Shown in pieces: positions 1 to 9,974 of a stretch of DNA of 64,000 nucleotides (the first letter of the stretch is position 1; each line of letters begins with the position of its first letter). Under the pieces are notes generated by a model that saw only the letters and a program-made list of their open reading frames with translations, was not told where the DNA came from and searched no databases. The translations under genes and the position numbers were made by a program. The stretch spans positions 10,783 through 74,782 of the forward strand of contig DASTCB010000164.1 in NCBI GenBank assembly GCA_035711585.1, read 5' to 3'. The stretch comes from Sphingomicrobium sp. (lineage in GTDB: Bacteria > Pseudomonadota > Alphaproteobacteria > Sphingomonadales > Sphingomonadaceae).

Positions 1-57
1 TCGGCCCATTTGGAGAATTGCTCCATTCACCCAGCGTAGCTGCGCTGGCCGCCGACC

Positions 58-372
58 TCAATTGGCCATCAGGTCGCGGTAGCGCTCTTCGCTGGTCAGC
101 CGATAATCGTCGATGTCGCGCTGCGCATTGGCGGTCGCGGCAGGACGTTTGGTCCCCATTCCAACGTCGAATGCGACCAGGGCATTGGTCAGCGCCTGGG
201 CCTCGGCCGAACAGGCGGACTTGACCGCCGCCGAATAGGCATCGACCGCCACCTTCGCAGTCCGCTGGTTGGATTCAAACGTCTTCAGGCATGCCGCGAA
301 CGCCTTTCGCGGCGCGTCGATCGACGATGGATTTGGCGCCGCCAAGGCGAGCGCCAGCACAAACGTGATCAT
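58..372 (-). CDS. Small secreted/periplasmic hypothetical protein (104 aa, two Cys)
   Basis: ATG at 372 preceded by GAGGGG; MITFVLALALAAP signal-like N-terminus. The longer ORF-track start (597) overlaps the upstream gene. Confidence 0.65.
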   Translation of the reverse strand: MITFVLALALAAPNPSSIDAPRKAFAACLKTFESNQRTAKVAVDAYSAAVKSACSAEAQALTNALVAFDVGMGTKRPAATANAQRDIDDYRLTSEERYRDLMAN

Positions 373-461
373 ACCCGTCCCCTCTACGGACATATCAACG
401 TTTGAGCAGAATGACTTATCCCTACGGAAAATCAACCGTGACGAAAGAATCCAGCCGATCT

Positions 462-839
462 TCAGTCGATTGTGACCCCCGGCGGGACAGGCGAGCTGTG
501 GCGGCGGACCACCTGCCAGCTGTCGCCGAAGCGCACCCAGACATCGGTCAGAAGCACACGCTCGTCGATCAACTGGCCGAGGTAGCGCACCTGCCATTGC
601 GCATCGACGGTGGCGACGATGGCATTTTCAAACGCGACGCATTCGGTGACGCGCACCTCGAGGCTGGCGATGTCCATCCGCTTCAGCGCCTCGATCCACT
701 GGTCCAGGTTGACCGCGACCGATCCCGTCGAGCGGATTCCCACCAGCTTGAACTGCGGGTGGATGAGCCGCTTGAGCGCGTCCTCGTCCTTGGCGATGAG
801 GGCGTCGCGCCATTCGCGCTCCAGGTCGCGAACGTCCAT
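462..839 (-). CDS. NTF2-like / DUF4440 family protein
   Basis: LEREWRDALIAKDEDALKRLIHPQF ... TDVWVRFGDSWQVVRRHSS is the typical DUF4440 pattern. Confidence 0.8.
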   Translation of the reverse strand: MDVRDLEREWRDALIAKDEDALKRLIHPQFKLVGIRSTGSVAVNLDQWIEALKRMDIASLEVRVTECVAFENAIVATVDAQWQVRYLGQLIDERVLLTDVWVRFGDSWQVVRRHSSPVPPGVTID

Positions 840-849
840 GCAGGGTGCA

Positions 850-2499
850 TCAGCGGCCACGGAGCAGCCCTCCGAAAATCCCCCGCAAGAGGGAGTTGCC
901 CAGCTGACGCCCGATCGAAGAAGCGATCGAGCGGCCGGCGGACTGCATCATCTTGTCAGCCATGCTCGGTTTGGCGGCCTCCCTGGCACGCCGTGCCTCC
1001 TCGCGCGCAATCTCCCGCTGGCGCTGCGCTTCCAGCCTATCCTCTTCCCGCTGCTGCCGAGCCGCCTCCTTTTCGGCCGTGGCCCGTTGGCGGGCGGCCT
1101 CCTTGTCAGCGATCGCCTGCTGACGGGCGGCTTCGGCTGCGGTCCTTTCCGCTTCGCTCTGAGCCTTGGCGGCGGCGGCGGCAGCAGCAGCCTCTTCCCC
1201 TTTCGCCTTCAAAATCTCCTCGGCGCTGTCGCGGTCGAGCAGCGCGTCATATTTAGCGCCGATCGCGTCAGTCTGGAGGAGGATCGCGCGCTCCTGCTGG
1301 GTCAGCGGTCCAACCCGCGACCGCGGCGGCTTGATCAGGGTCCGCTCGACCGGCGACGGCGCGCCATCGGGCAACAACAGGGACACCAGCGCCTCGCCGA
1401 TCTTGAGCTCCGTGATCGCGCTGGTCACATCGATTTCCGGATTGGGGCGGAACGTCTCCGCCGCCGACTTGACTGCCTGCTGGTCGCGGGGCGTGAAGGC
1501 GTTGAGCTTGTGCTGAACGCGATTGCCGAGCTGCCCCGCCACCTTGTCGGGGATATCGATCGGGTTCTGGGTGATGAAATAGACGCCGACGCCCTTGGAC
1601 CGGATCAGCCGGACCACCTGCTCGACCTTTTCCTGGAGCGCCTCCGGCGCATCCTCGAACAGCAAATGCGCCTCGTCGAAGAAGAAGGCCAGCTTCGGCT
1701 TGTCCGGATCGCCGACCTCCGGAAGCAGCTCGAACAATTCGGAGAGGAGCCACAGCAGGAAGGTCGAATAGAGCCGGGGGCTCGACAGCAATTTGTCGGC
1801 GGCGAGGATGTTGACGATCCCCTTGCCGGCATCGTCGAGCTTGAGGAAATCCTCGAGGTCCAGCGCCGGCTCGCCGAAGAAATGATCGCCGCCCTGGGCG
1901 CGGAGCTGGAGCAGCGAGCGCTGGATGGCGCCGACGCTGGGCTTCGACACATTGCCGTATTCGAGGGTCAGTTCCTCGGCCCGCTCGCCGATGCTGACCA
2001 GCATCGCCTGCAGATCGTCGAGGTCGAGGAGCATCAGCCCCTCCTTGTCGGCGACGTGGAAGGCGATGTTGAGAACGCCCTCTTGCACCTCGTTGAGGCT
2101 CATCAGCCGGGCCAGCAGCAGCGGGCCCATCTCGCTGATCGTGGTGCGGACCGGATGCCCCTGTTCGCCGAACAGGTCCCAGAACTGGGCCGGATAGCCC
2201 TGATAGGTCCAGCCGCCGTAGCCGATCTCCGTCGCGCGCGACGCAAAGGCCTCATGCGGTTTTGCGGTGGGGGAGCCCGGCATGGCGAGGCCCGCGACGT
2301 CGCCCTTCACGTCGGCGACGAACGTCGGGACTCCAGCCTCCGACAGTCCTTCGATGATCCCCTGCAACGTGACCGTCTTGCCAGTCCCGGTGGCGCCGGC
2401 GATCAGCCCGTGGCGATTGGCGCGCTTCAGCTCGAGCTGCTGCGGTTTCGCACCCCCCGGGCCAGCGCCAATGAGGATGCTTGTGGGTTGGGTCGCCAT
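850..2499 (-). CDS. HerA-like ATPase, DUF853/YjgR family
   Basis: ANRHGLIAGATGTGKT Walker A, FFFDEAH Walker B, RSKGVGVYFITQNP; Ala/Glu/Arg coiled-coil tail. Confidence 0.92.
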   Translation of the reverse strand: MATQPTSILIGAGPGGAKPQQLELKRANRHGLIAGATGTGKTVTLQGIIEGLSEAGVPTFVADVKGDVAGLAMPGSPTAKPHEAFASRATEIGYGGWTYQGYPAQFWDLFGEQGHPVRTTISEMGPLLLARLMSLNEVQEGVLNIAFHVADKEGLMLLDLDDLQAMLVSIGERAEELTLEYGNVSKPSVGAIQRSLLQLRAQGGDHFFGEPALDLEDFLKLDDAGKGIVNILAADKLLSSPRLYSTFLLWLLSELFELLPEVGDPDKPKLAFFFDEAHLLFEDAPEALQEKVEQVVRLIRSKGVGVYFITQNPIDIPDKVAGQLGNRVQHKLNAFTPRDQQAVKSAAETFRPNPEIDVTSAITELKIGEALVSLLLPDGAPSPVERTLIKPPRSRVGPLTQQERAILLQTDAIGAKYDALLDRDSAEEILKAKGEEAAAAAAAAKAQSEAERTAAEAARQQAIADKEAARQRATAEKEAARQQREEDRLEAQRQREIAREEARRAREAAKPSMADKMMQSAGRSIASSIGRQLGNSLLRGIFGGLLRGR

Positions 2500-2570
2500 C
2501 GAGTTGCTGCACTCCTTAAGCCCGGGCGTCGAAGCCTAGGCCGAAGGAGTGTTCGCAACAAGCCGAGTCG

Positions 2571-4094
2571 TTAGCTGCCCGAAATATCCACCCCGACAAA
2601 GGCCTCCGGCGCCTGTCCGCGCTTGACCAGCAACAGGACGCTGGTCCGCCCGGCACGACGAGCCACATCGACCGCGGTCAGCACCTGCGCCGGCGTCGTC
2701 ACCGCCTGGCGATTGACCGAGAGGATGACGTCGCCGCGGCGTATCCCCTTTTCGCCGGCGTCGCTGCCCGGGCTGACGGACGTGACGACCACGCCGCGCA
2801 CATTGGCCGGGAGGTTGAGGGCGCGGACGATCTGGGGGTTGAGCGATTGCAGCGACAGGCCGAGCGCGGTCCCGGGCGCAACCGGGCTTTCCTCGGCAAG
2901 GGCCTCACCGTCAGCGCCGCCACCGGCCTGGCGAGCCAGCTCCTCCTCCGTCGGCCGCTGACCGACCTGGACGTGCAAGGTCTGCCGCCGGCCGTCACGG
3001 ATGATCTCGATCGGGACGCGCATTCCGACGGACGAATTGGCGATCAGGTAGCTGACCGTTTCGTCGGGCGTGACCTCGCGGCCGCCGACCCGGACGATCA
3101 CGTCGCCCTGCTGGACCCCGGCGCGAGCCGCCGGCTCTCCCGGAACCACCGAACGAACGATTTCGCCCCGTTCCTTGGGCAGGCCAAGGCTTTCGGCGAT
3201 ATTCTCGTCGAGCGGCTGGAGCCCGACGCCGAGATAGCCGCGCTCCGGTCGCTGACCGCGGCGCAGCGCATCGATGACCGGCTTCGCGGCCTCGGCTGGG
3301 ATGGCAAGGCCGATGCCGACGCTGGCGCCGGTCGGCGAGATCAGCGCCGAGTTGATGCCGATGACATTGCCGGCCATGTCGAACATCGGGCCGCCGCTGT
3401 TGCCCATGTTGATGCTGGCGTCGGTCTGGATGTAGCGGTCATAGGCGCCGACCCCGGTGATCCCGCGATGCAGCGCCGAGATGATGCCGGCGGTCACGGT
3501 ACCGCCCAGGCCATAGGGATTGCCGATCGCCACCACCCAGTCGCCTACGCGGGCCTGGGCGGAATTGCCCCAGTTGACATAGGGCAGGTTGGAACCCTCG
3601 ATCTTCAGCAGCGCCAGGTCCGACGCGCTGTCGCGCCCGATGATGCGCGCCGGGAATTCGCGGCGGTCGGACAGGGTGATGGTCACGCTGTCGACCGTCC
3701 CGGTTCCGTTGACCCCCTGGATCAGGTGGTTGTTGGTGACGATGTAGCCGTCGGGCGAAATGATGAAGCCCGAGCCAAGCGAGCCGGCCTCTCGGGTCGC
3801 AGGGTTTTCCTGTCCCGGTGTTTGTCCTTCGGGGGCCTGCCCGCCGAACCGACGGAAAAATTCCTCGAACGGGTCCACCTGCCGGCGAACCGGGACACGC
3901 TGCTTGGTCGAAATGTTGACCACGGCGGGAGCCAGTTTTGCCGCAAGTTCGGCGAAGGACGTTGGCGCCCCCGCCCTCGGGACAATGGCGGACGGCGCAT
4001 TCTGCGCCACCTGCGCCCCGGCCTGACCGGTCGCAACGGAAAAAGCGGTACCCCCCAGTAGCAGGGCCATGGCGACCCCATAGGCGTAGCGCAC
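2571..4094 (-). CDS. degP: DegP/HtrA (Do) periplasmic serine endoprotease, two PDZ domains
   Basis: TNNH, DLA and GNSGG catalytic triad motifs; two PDZ repeats; GTG start at 4094 with AAGGAG 8 nt upstream. Confidence 0.93.
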   Translation of the reverse strand: MRYAYGVAMALLLGGTAFSVATGQAGAQVAQNAPSAIVPRAGAPTSFAELAAKLAPAVVNISTKQRVPVRRQVDPFEEFFRRFGGQAPEGQTPGQENPATREAGSLGSGFIISPDGYIVTNNHLIQGVNGTGTVDSVTITLSDRREFPARIIGRDSASDLALLKIEGSNLPYVNWGNSAQARVGDWVVAIGNPYGLGGTVTAGIISALHRGITGVGAYDRYIQTDASINMGNSGGPMFDMAGNVIGINSALISPTGASVGIGLAIPAEAAKPVIDALRRGQRPERGYLGVGLQPLDENIAESLGLPKERGEIVRSVVPGEPAARAGVQQGDVIVRVGGREVTPDETVSYLIANSSVGMRVPIEIIRDGRRQTLHVQVGQRPTEEELARQAGGGADGEALAEESPVAPGTALGLSLQSLNPQIVRALNLPANVRGVVVTSVSPGSDAGEKGIRRGDVILSVNRQAVTTPAQVLTAVDVARRAGRTSVLLLVKRGQAPEAFVGVDISGS

Positions 4095-4201
4095 GGGTCG
4101 AAACTCCTTTGTCGAACTCATTCCTCGTCCTCGCTTGACTTCGCGATTCATGCCGCGACGCTAGGTCAAGCGCATGAACTCGAATTGAACAGGGCTGGCC
4201 C

Positions 4202-5032
4202 CTATCGTCCAGTAAATTCCTTCAAATATTCATTGTTTGGCGACAGAATGATGTTGGTCTGTCCCGCCTTGCCCTCGCCATCGGGCAGGAAGGTCGTCTG
4301 GTAAGACTGCATCGCCCGATAGAAGTCGTAGAATTGCGGATCCTTGCCAAAGGCGCCGGCATAGATGCGGGCCGCCTCGGCATCGGCCTCGGCGCGAATG
4401 ATCTGCGCCCGTTTCTGCCCTTCGGCGATGATCGAGCGGGCCTCCTGCTGGCGCGCCGTCCGCATGCTTTCATAGGCGGTCTCCAGCGGCGTGCCGCTGG
4501 GCAGGTCGGCCTTCTTGATGCGCACGTCGACGATCTCGACGCCATATTGACGCGAGATCCGGTTGAGGCCCGCGCGGATATTCTCCATCGCGCCCTCGCG
4601 CTCCGGGGACAGCAATGACGCGAACGGACGCTTGCCAAGCTCATTGCGAAGCTGCGAGCCGAGGATCGGCTTCAGCGACTGCTCGACATTCTCGACCGAC
4701 CGCGCCGCAAGATACATGCGAAGCGGATCGACCACCCGGTAGCGGGCGAAGGCATCGACCTCCAGCCGCCGCTGATCGGTCGACAGCACCTGCTGCTTGT
4801 CCATGTCGAGGTCGCGCACCCGCTTGTCGACCCAAACGGTCGATTCCGCGAACGGGAGGCGCCAGTTGATGCCAGCCTCCTTCCCGCCAAGGATCCTGTT
4901 GGCCTCGCCGAACCGGACAACCACCGCCTGGCTGGTTTCGCTGACGATGATCACGCTCGAATAGAGGGTAATCAGCAAGAGGAGGCCGACAATGGCGGCT
5001 GCCACTGGATGGCGACGAATGGATTCGGTCAT
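4202..5032 (-). CDS. hflC: FtsH protease modulator HflC
   Basis: SPFH domain; VLSTDQRRLEVDAFARYRVVDPL; FYDFYRAMQSY; follows hflK. Confidence 0.93.
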   Translation of the reverse strand: MTESIRRHPVAAAIVGLLLLITLYSSVIIVSETSQAVVVRFGEANRILGGKEAGINWRLPFAESTVWVDKRVRDLDMDKQQVLSTDQRRLEVDAFARYRVVDPLRMYLAARSVENVEQSLKPILGSQLRNELGKRPFASLLSPEREGAMENIRAGLNRISRQYGVEIVDVRIKKADLPSGTPLETAYESMRTARQQEARSIIAEGQKRAQIIRAEADAEAARIYAGAFGKDPQFYDFYRAMQSYQTTFLPDGEGKAGQTNIILSPNNEYLKEFTGR

Positions 5033-6117
5033 CGCGCGGCTCCCTGCGGCGTGCTGCGCCGGACTTCATTGAGGGGGAGGTAGGGCGTCACGCCCGGAGT
5101 CTCGACGATCGTCTTGTCGACATTGCGCAGGATGCGCTCCATTGTTTCGTAATACATGCGACGGCGGGTCACTTCCGGAGCCAGCCGGTACTGCTCATAA
5201 ACCTTGTCGAACGCGGTCGCCTCGCCCTGGGCGACCTGCCGCAGCTGGAGGGCATAGGCGGTGGCTCGATTGACATCCGTCTTGGCCTGCTGCTGGGCGG
5301 AGGTGACCTCCTTGAAGGCCTCGTTGACGGCGGCGGGCGGGTCGGCCTGCCTGACCGCCACGCCCTGGATTGTCACGCCCGAGCGGTAGGCATCGAGTGT
5401 CTGTTGCATCTCCCGCTGGACGCGGGCCTCGATTTCGCTGCGGGCGACACCCATCGCGTCCTGCAAGGCGACCTGCGAGACGATCTGGCGCATGGCGCTT
5501 TCCGCCACCTGCCGGATGGTTTCCTCCGGCGCCGCCAGCTCGAACAGAAATTGCTCGGGATCGCGGATGTTCCAGCGCACCTGATAAGCGATGTCGATCA
5601 GGTTCTGGTCGCTGGTCAGCATCAGCGTTTCTTCCGCGGCCGACCCGATATCCTCGTTGCGGATCTCCTCGACATTGACCTTCTGAACCCGATCGATCGG
5701 CGACGGCAGGGTCAGGCTGATGCCCGGCGCCAGGGTGGAGCTGTAGCGACCGAAGCGGGTCACCACTCCCCGTTCTCCCGGGGCGATGAGATGCATGGAG
5801 GTGAACACCAGCCAAAGGGCCGCCACGCCAATCGCAGCCCACAGCAGGATCGAGCCGTTCGGACGGCCGCCGAAGCCGAAGCCGCCTCCGCCGCCACCGC
5901 CGCCAAGGCGGCTACGGCTGCGCTGCAGGAACTCGTCGAGCGAGGTCACCGGGTCGCGGCCAGCGCGGCTGCGCTTCGGCGGCTCCCCCCAGGGGCCCGT
6001 GGGCTCGTCGCCCGGAGGCGGCTCATTGTCCCCCGAGCCCGGAGGCGCACCCCAAGGCCCCTTGGTGTCGTTAAAGAGGGCGCGCCCGCGCGCTGCCCAC
6101 CCCGAAAGCATCGTCAT
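5029..6117 (-). CDS. hflK: FtsH protease modulator HflK
   Basis: GPWG/PRD-like N-terminus, Gly-rich linker, TM, SPFH domain, APEVTRRRMYYETME; 4-bp overlap with hflC. The ORF-track extension to 6609 is antisense to mrp. Confidence 0.93.
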   Translation of the reverse strand: MTMLSGWAARGRALFNDTKGPWGAPPGSGDNEPPPGDEPTGPWGEPPKRSRAGRDPVTSLDEFLQRSRSRLGGGGGGGGFGFGGRPNGSILLWAAIGVAALWLVFTSMHLIAPGERGVVTRFGRYSSTLAPGISLTLPSPIDRVQKVNVEEIRNEDIGSAAEETLMLTSDQNLIDIAYQVRWNIRDPEQFLFELAAPEETIRQVAESAMRQIVSQVALQDAMGVARSEIEARVQREMQQTLDAYRSGVTIQGVAVRQADPPAAVNEAFKEVTSAQQQAKTDVNRATAYALQLRQVAQGEATAFDKVYEQYRLAPEVTRRRMYYETMERILRNVDKTIVETPGVTPYLPLNEVRRSTPQGAAR

Positions 6118-6186
6118 GTCACCATAATAGGTAGGCTTCGGCCAAAAAACAGTGCCGTCGGTCGAAAAGCCTACTAAGGGCGCGCC

Positions 6187-7149
6187 ATGAGTGAAGATGT
6201 GCTGACGGCCCTCGACCAGCTGCCTGATGCCGATCGGATTAGGTCGCGACGGCTGACCGGGGGCGTCGCGACCATCGTCGCGGATGCCAGTGGCCTCACC
6301 CCCCGGCAGCGGGAGGCACTGGAGGAACGGATAAGGCAAGCCGCTGTTGCCCTGCCGGGTGTCGGAGAGGCCCGCGTCGCCATGACCGCGACCAAGCCGC
6401 ACCGCACGCTGGTCGCGGTCGGTTCCGGCAAGGGCGGCGTCGGCAAGTCGACGCTGACCGCCAACCTGGCCATCGCCCTGGCGCGGATGGGCAAGAGGGT
6501 CGGACTGATCGACGCCGACATCTACGGCCCCTCCCAGCCGACGCTGTTCGGAGCGCATGACAAGCCGCAGGCAGAGAAGGAGAAGCTGATCCCGGTCGAG
6601 GCGCAGCACGGGGTGAAGCTGCTGTCGGTCGGTCAGCTCGTCCCGGCCGGCCAGGCATTGGCCTGGCGCGGGCCGATGGCGTCGAGCGCGCTCAACCAGC
6701 TGATCGAAGGAGATTGGGGCGCCACCGACCTCATCCTGGTCGACCTGCCGCCGGGAACGGGGGACGTTCAGCTCTCGCTGGTCCAGAAGGCCCGGCCGGC
6801 GGGGGCGGTGATCGTCTCGACGCCGCAGGACCTATCGCTGATCGATGCGACCCGGGCGATCGACCTGTTCGGCAAGACCGGTGTCCCGGTCCTCGGGATC
6901 GTCGAGAATATGGCCGGCTACCAATGCCCGCACTGCGGCGAGACCAGCGATCCCTTCGGCCGGGGTGGAGCGGAAGAATCCGCCAAACGGATCGGGGTGC
7001 CCTTCCTGGGGCGGCTGCCGCTGTCCCTCAGCCTGCGCGAGGCGTCGGATGCCGGGCGCCCGCCGGCGGCCGAGGACGGGCCGGCGGCCGATGCTTTTGC
7101 CGCAATTGCCCGGCAATTGCTGAGCGAGTTGGAGAAAGTCGGGGCCTGA
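6187..7149 (+). CDS. mrp: Mrp/NBP35 (ApbC) Fe-S cluster carrier ATPase
   Basis: GSGKGGVGKST, DADIYGPS, DLPPGTGD, CPHC motifs. Confidence 0.93.
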   Translation: MSEDVLTALDQLPDADRIRSRRLTGGVATIVADASGLTPRQREALEERIRQAAVALPGVGEARVAMTATKPHRTLVAVGSGKGGVGKSTLTANLAIALARMGKRVGLIDADIYGPSQPTLFGAHDKPQAEKEKLIPVEAQHGVKLLSVGQLVPAGQALAWRGPMASSALNQLIEGDWGATDLILVDLPPGTGDVQLSLVQKARPAGAVIVSTPQDLSLIDATRAIDLFGKTGVPVLGIVENMAGYQCPHCGETSDPFGRGGAEESAKRIGVPFLGRLPLSLSLREASDAGRPPAAEDGPAADAFAAIARQLLSELEKVGA

Positions 7150-7177
7150 AGCATTTAGCGGCTGAGGAGTGCCAGAA

Positions 7178-7618
7178 ATGCCGCTGACCAGGGACGAGGA
7201 TATCGTCGAGCTGCTTACCAATGTGAGGACGATCGCGCTGGTCGGTGCGTCGGATCGCCCCGACCGCCCGAGCAACGGGGTGATGAAGTTCCTGCAGGAC
7301 CATGGCTACCGCGTCATTCCGGTCAACCCGACCATCACCGGCGAGCATATTCACGGCGAATATGTCTGGCGCGAGCTTGGCCAGATCGGGGAGCCGATCG
7401 ACATGGTCGACATCTTCAGGAAGAGCTCGGCGGTCGGGCCGATCGTGGACGAGGCGATCGCGATCGGGGCCAAGGCGGTGTGGATGCAGCTGGGGGTCAT
7501 CGACGAAGCCGCCGCCGGCAGGGCCGAGGCCGCCGGGCTGAAGGTGGTCATGAACCGCTGCCCCAAGATCGAAATCGTGCGGCATGCCGTTAAAAGAGTG
7601 GATAATTCAGTAGCTTGA
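7178..7618 (+). CDS. CoA-binding protein (YccU-like)
   Basis: IALVGASDRPDRPS, VIPVNP, DMVDIFR, AVWMQLG, VVMNRCPKIE; GAGGAG RBS. Confidence 0.9.
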   Translation: MPLTRDEDIVELLTNVRTIALVGASDRPDRPSNGVMKFLQDHGYRVIPVNPTITGEHIHGEYVWRELGQIGEPIDMVDIFRKSSAVGPIVDEAIAIGAKAVWMQLGVIDEAAAGRAEAAGLKVVMNRCPKIEIVRHAVKRVDNSVA

Positions 7619-7697
7619 CTCCGGGTTAGCGAAAGCGGAGGTTGGGCCGGGACAAACGGCTCAAGGGGATCGGCCGTACCTTCGAGGGGGCTCAACC

Positions 7698-8567
7698 ATG
7701 CAGAAATCCGGTTGGTGGCGGGCTGGCGCCGCCGCGCTCGCTTTTGCAGTATCGGCCGCGGCAATTGCCGGAAGCGGTCACCAATGGGGCAATTACCTGT
7801 GGGAAGAGAATAGCGAGAAGCTCCAGCTCGAATTCGCCTACAGCTTCGCCAATGAAGGCGTCTGGGCACCCTACTACCGCGCCGCGCTGGCCAAGTGGGA
7901 GGTCAATGTACGATCTCCACTGGATTTGACCGACCGCGGCAGGGATTCGGGAACCGACCCGGCCACTTGCGCGGCAAAGCAGGGCATCGTCCTCGTCTGC
8001 GCCGCCGCCTACGGACAGACCGGCTGGGTCGGGATCGCGTCGATCGAGACCGAAGGCAACTACATCCGGCTGGCAACAGCCAAGTTCAACGATACCTATT
8101 ATGCCACTCCGTCCTATAACAACGACGGTCAAAGGCAGTTCGTCGCCTGCCACGAGATCGGCCACACATTCGGCCTGGGCCACCTCGACACTTCGTTCAA
8201 CAACCGAAACAAGGGCAGCTGCATGGACTATACGTCCAACCCCGTCGGCCCGCCCGACAACCGCAGCCCGGGCACCGTCGATTGGGACGTGTTGAACTCG
8301 ACCACCATGTACGGCGATCTCGTCATCGGCAAAGGCAAGGGCGGTGGCGGAAAGCCCGGCAAGGCCACCGATCCGTTCGAATTCCGGACCGTTGGCGACG
8401 CTGCGCCGGGAGCTGCGCCCGACAACCGGCGCTACCCGTGGGGAATCGCCGTCGGGTTCGACGATGAGGGTCGGCCGGTCGAATTCCTCGAGGATCTCGG
8501 CAGGGGCCGGACCAGGCGGACGTTCATCACCTGGGTCCGCGGTCATCGGCCAAGGCCGCTCAACTAG
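7698..8567 (+). CDS. Secreted metzincin-type zinc metallopeptidase
   Basis: Signal peptide; HEIGHTFGLGH (HExxHxxGxxH); SCMDY Met-turn. Confidence 0.8.
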   Translation: MQKSGWWRAGAAALAFAVSAAAIAGSGHQWGNYLWEENSEKLQLEFAYSFANEGVWAPYYRAALAKWEVNVRSPLDLTDRGRDSGTDPATCAAKQGIVLVCAAAYGQTGWVGIASIETEGNYIRLATAKFNDTYYATPSYNNDGQRQFVACHEIGHTFGLGHLDTSFNNRNKGSCMDYTSNPVGPPDNRSPGTVDWDVLNSTTMYGDLVIGKGKGGGGKPGKATDPFEFRTVGDAAPGAAPDNRRYPWGIAVGFDDEGRPVEFLEDLGRGRTRRTFITWVRGHRPRPLN

Positions 8568-8609
8568 CCAGGCGCTGGCCAGTGGTTGCCGTTCGACTGC
8601 CCTCGGCAG

Positions 8610-9956
8610 TCAAGCCGAGGCAACCACCATCTCAGGCACCAGCAAGGTCGGGCTGTCGATGCCCCGGCGGAAGCGCAGGTCGCCGGCCGGCTCCAGCATG
8701 GCGAACATCTGCCTGAGGTTGGAGGCGATGGTGATCTCCGCCACCGCCGGCCCGATCTCGCCATCGCTGATCAGGAATCCGGCTGCGCCGCGCGAATAGT
8801 CGCCGGTCACCCCGTTGACCCCGTGACCGATCAGCTCGGTCACCAATATACCCTGCTTGATGTCCGCAATCATTTCCTCGCGGCTGCGCTGGCCGGCGGC
8901 GATATGCAGGTTGGCCGGACCGGCCCCCGGCGAGCCGGACACGCCGCGCACCGCATGGCCGGTCGGAGGGATGCCGAGCTGGCGAGCCGCGGCGCTGTCC
9001 GCCAGCCAAGTGGCCAGGACGCCGTCTCTGACCAGGTCGAGCGGCTGCACCGGCAGCCCCTCGCCGTCAAAGACGCGGCTGCGAAGGCCGCGCTTGCGAA
9101 ATGGATCATCGCGGATGGTAATTCCGGGAGCGAATACCTGGGTTCCGAGCGCATCGAGCAGGAAGCTGGCCTGCCTTGCGATCGCCGAGCCGCTGATCGC
9201 GGCGATGAAATGGCCGAGCAAGGTGGTTGCAACGCGCGGGTCGAACAATATGGGCATCTTGCCGGGCTTGATGCTCACCGGATTGAGACGCGCGACCGCG
9301 CGCTCGGCGGCACGCCGGCCAATCTCCTCGGGCGCTTCGAGGTCGGCCAAGTGGCGCGCCGAATGCCAGGCATAGTCGCGCTGCATGGTGCCGCCCTCGC
9401 CGCCCACGACGCTGACCGAATTGCTGTAGCCGGTCGCCTGCGTTGAGCCGCAAAAGCCGTGGCTGGTGGCGATGGCGAAGATCGAAGCCGAGGACGAGGC
9501 CCCCGCTCCACCGGAATTGGTAATGCCCTTGACCGCACGGGCCGAATCCTCGGCAGCCAGCGCGCGCTCCCTGAGATTAGCGGGGTCGGGATCGCCACCA
9601 TCGTCGAGGTCGAGGTCGATCGGTTGCTCGCGGAACAGCAGCTCCTCCGGCGCAAGCCCCGCGAACTGGTCCTCGGGCGCCTCGGCGGCCATCGCCAGAA
9701 CGCGCTCAACCAGCGTTTCGAGCGCGTCCGCGGACAAGTCGGAGGAGGCGACCGTTGCGTTGCGCTTGCCGAGGAACACGCGAAGGCCGATCTCCTCACC
9801 TTCGCTGCGATGGACATCCTCGAGCTGGCCGAGGCGGACGCTGACCCCCTGCGACCGGTCGCCGACATAGACGGCATCCGCGGCGTCGGCGCCCTTCTTG
9901 CGCGCGAGATCGACAAGCGAGATGGCCCGTTCACGGGCGGCGGCGGATTCGAGCAT
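8610..9956 (-). CDS. pmbA: PmbA/TldE family metallopeptidase subunit
   Basis: FDGEG, VNGVTGDYSRGAAGF, EITIASNL motifs. Confidence 0.92.
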   Translation of the reverse strand: MLESAAARERAISLVDLARKKGADAADAVYVGDRSQGVSVRLGQLEDVHRSEGEEIGLRVFLGKRNATVASSDLSADALETLVERVLAMAAEAPEDQFAGLAPEELLFREQPIDLDLDDGGDPDPANLRERALAAEDSARAVKGITNSGGAGASSSASIFAIATSHGFCGSTQATGYSNSVSVVGGEGGTMQRDYAWHSARHLADLEAPEEIGRRAAERAVARLNPVSIKPGKMPILFDPRVATTLLGHFIAAISGSAIARQASFLLDALGTQVFAPGITIRDDPFRKRGLRSRVFDGEGLPVQPLDLVRDGVLATWLADSAAARQLGIPPTGHAVRGVSGSPGAGPANLHIAAGQRSREEMIADIKQGILVTELIGHGVNGVTGDYSRGAAGFLISDGEIGPAVAEITIASNLRQMFAMLEPAGDLRFRRGIDSPTLLVPEMVVASA

Positions 9957-9974
9957 GGCGGTGCGGTTAGGCGC

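Noticed and set aside
610-2574. Long antisense/shadow ORFs (e.g. 610-2574+, 2847-4061+, 9459-11120+, 23278-24963+, 45820-47406-, 53578-54834-)
   Set aside because: They lie opposite well-supported genes; long stop-free shadows are expected at this GC content and carry no family motifs.
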